This document shows positions 62,285 through 64,000 of a stretch of DNA of 64,000 bases, one piece after another. A program made the translations under genes and the position numbers. This DNA is from an uncultured delta proteobacterium (lineage in GTDB: Bacteria > Desulfobacterota > Binatia > HRBIN30 > BPIQ01), in the NCBI GenBank assembly GCA_963761335.1, contig CAVXGR010000015.1, positions 64,001 to 128,000 of the forward strand, given 5' to 3'. Every line of letters starts with the position of its first letter. Position 1 is the first letter of the stretch. The notes under the pieces were generated by a model, which saw only the letters and a program-made list of their open reading frames with translations, searched no databases and had not been told where the DNA came from.

Positions 62285-63622
62285 ATGAAGATGTGGATTG
62301 GGCTCGCCGTGACTGCCGCTCTGGGATTGGGGGCCCTGCTCTGCGCAGCTCCGGCCCGAGCGGATGTCGCTTCCGATCAACCCGCGGCCATCCTGGTTTT
62401 TCCAAAGGTCGTCACCGGCGACGTCACCATCGGCAGTGGCGTTTTCAGCGCCGTTCTAAAATCCGATACCATCATTCAGATCAGCAATACCTCGAGCGAC
62501 CCGGTGACCCTGCAGTGCTTCTACGTGAACGCCAACAGCCATTGCAGCACCAGTGGCCTCGTCTGCAACCCGCTGGTGACACCGGCGTGCCCTGCGCCGG
62601 AGGACGTCTGTCTTCCCGGCTGGGTGGAGACGGACTTCCGCGTCGTGCTCACGCCGTTCCAGCCACTCGGGTGGACGGTCTCGTCCGGGCTCGCCTCGGA
62701 AGACCTGCCACTCGATGGGGTTTTGCAGCGCGGACCTACCGGGCAGAGCAACGTCGGAACCCGCGTTCCGCCGCTGCGCGCCGAGCCGGCCAGCGTCGGC
62801 GTTCTCGGTCAGATCGATGACGGCCGTTCCGTCAAGGGCGAGCTGAAGTGCGTCGTCGTCGACGATCAGGGAAACGCCGTGGCCCGCAACGTGGTGAAGG
62901 GAGAGGCGACGATCATCTCCAGTCTCTCCGTGCTGACCAGCATCGGTGCGGGTGCCGACGTGCAGATCCCCAACGCCGAAAGGTATAACGCCGTCGGCAT
63001 CCAGGCGTCCGGGGGAGATGCCAACGGCGACAAGGTTCTCGATCTCGGCGGGACCGCGGGAGAGTACAACGGCTGCGCCAACGTGCTGATCATGGACCAT
63101 TTCTTCGACTATTCCCCCAATCCGGTGGCGAATACGCAGGTCTTCTCCGACCTCACCCTGGTGCCGTGCAGCGAGAACCTGCGCACCCAGGTTCCCCAGC
63201 AGGTGGTGGCGCAGTATCTGGTATTCAACGAGTTCGAGCAGCGCTTCTCGACCAGCACGCCGTTTCAGTGCTACTTCGACCGGCCCCTGTCGCGCATCGA
63301 CACCTCGAACGCGGCGCGCTCGGTCTTCAGCGTTTTCGTCTCCGGCACGCTCACCGGGCAGACGCGCATTCGCGGCATCGGCTCCGGATTGGTCGGGGTG
63401 TTGCGCGAGCGCCAGGTCGGCATTCCCGATGAGGCCGACTCCGTGCTCACCGAGACCACATCGGCGGCCGACGCAGTGGCGTCCTTCGACGGCACGTTGC
63501 TGGACATGGAACGCGACGTTCCCGGTTTCGGCTCCGTTTTCAATGCGGCCTTCCGTTCCTCGATGATCAACTTGCACATCCAGGGCGATCGGCCCGAGGC
63601 CGATCATCTGGTCCTGCCCTAA
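62285..63622 (+). CDS. Secreted Cys-rich protein, type B copy 3
   Basis: Signal peptide ...PARA/DVASD; type B motifs with a C-terminal insertion; SD AAAGGAG. Confidence 0.9.
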   Translation: MKMWIGLAVTAALGLGALLCAAPARADVASDQPAAILVFPKVVTGDVTIGSGVFSAVLKSDTIIQISNTSSDPVTLQCFYVNANSHCSTSGLVCNPLVTPACPAPEDVCLPGWVETDFRVVLTPFQPLGWTVSSGLASEDLPLDGVLQRGPTGQSNVGTRVPPLRAEPASVGVLGQIDDGRSVKGELKCVVVDDQGNAVARNVVKGEATIISSLSVLTSIGAGADVQIPNAERYNAVGIQASGGDANGDKVLDLGGTAGEYNGCANVLIMDHFFDYSPNPVANTQVFSDLTLVPCSENLRTQVPQQVVAQYLVFNEFEQRFSTSTPFQCYFDRPLSRIDTSNAARSVFSVFVSGTLTGQTRIRGIGSGLVGVLRERQVGIPDEADSVLTETTSAADAVASFDGTLLDMERDVPGFGSVFNAAFRSSMINLHIQGDRPEADHLVLP

Positions 63623-63630
63623 GTTCCCCC

Positions 63631-63673
63631 GGGAGGCGGAAGCCGTCGCTTCCGCCTCCCCGGGCGCTTCTTT
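63631..63673 (+). terminator. Stem-loop terminator after pair 3
   Basis: GGGAGGCGGAAGC-CGTC-GCTTCCGCCTCCC, with TTCTTT a few bases downstream. Confidence 0.75.
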
Positions 63674-63778
63674 CACTGCACCCCAATGCCTATCGAGCCG
63701 AGTGACCGACGCCGGGGGCGTTGTTGAAGATCGGACTGGACCCTGAGAGAATCGCGCCGAGGCCGCAGGGCCGGCCAA

Positions 63779-64000
63779 ATGGGGGAGAAAGAGCTGATTC
63801 CCGATGTCCTCGCCGATCGCTATGCGAGCGAGGCGATGACGGCGATCTGGTCGCCGGCCGGCAAGGTGCGCCTCGAGCGCGAGCTTTGGATCGCGGTCAT
63901 GCGGGCGCAGCGCGCCCTCGGCGTCGACATTCCCGAGGAGGCGATCGCCGCCTACGAGCGGGTCAAGGACCAGGTTGACCTCGCCGGCATCCGGCAACGC
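63779..64000 (+). CDS. purB: Adenylosuccinate lyase (5' part only; runs off the window)
   Basis: Not in the ORF track. Hand translation: MGEKELIPDVLADRYASEAMTAIWSPAGKVRLERELWIAVMRAQRALGVDIPEEAIAAYERVKDQVDL... Confidence 0.85.
   Translation, partial: MGEKELIPDVLADRYASEAMTAIWSPAGKVRLERELWIAVMRAQRALGVDIPEEAIAAYERVKDQVDLAGIRQR

Noticed and set aside
55319..63622. Diversity-generating retroelement or invertase-driven shuffling of the paralog array
   Set aside because: No reverse transcriptase, recombinase, near-identical template/variable repeat pair or inversion sites are visible in the window.

Overview
High-GC chromosomal window from a diderm bacterium. The gene content suggests a deltaproteobacteria-like lineage such as Binatia, but that is inference only. 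Housekeeping blocks: clpB, ppiD, mreBCD-mrdA-rodA, trxA, nth, aroD, asnS, a family-5 UDG, dprA-topA-trmFO, ilvE and the 5' end of purB. Accessory modules: (1) a DUF1302/YCF48/RND/DUF1329 envelope transport operon; (2) a compact locus (39.2-46.3 kb) with an MMPL transporter, an atypical ketosynthase, an ACP, a LuxI/FeeM-like acyltransferase behind a sigma54-type promoter and a 7TM-GAF histidine kinase, which looks like a lipid-signal synthesis and sensing system; (3) an array (55.3-63.6 kb) of six paralogous secreted Cys-rich proteins of unknown family in three A+B gene pairs, each pair with its own sigma70 promoter, which is a candidate two-subunit variable surface layer or filament. Also found: an unannotated 49-aa type IV pilin-like ORF, a UmuD/LexA-like protease without a DNA-binding domain, a DUF35-thiolase fusion with altered catalytic motifs, and a 12-unit 8-bp tandem repeat. 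No rRNA, tRNA, CRISPR array or transposase was recognised. All family assignments come from reading motifs by eye; no database search was run.
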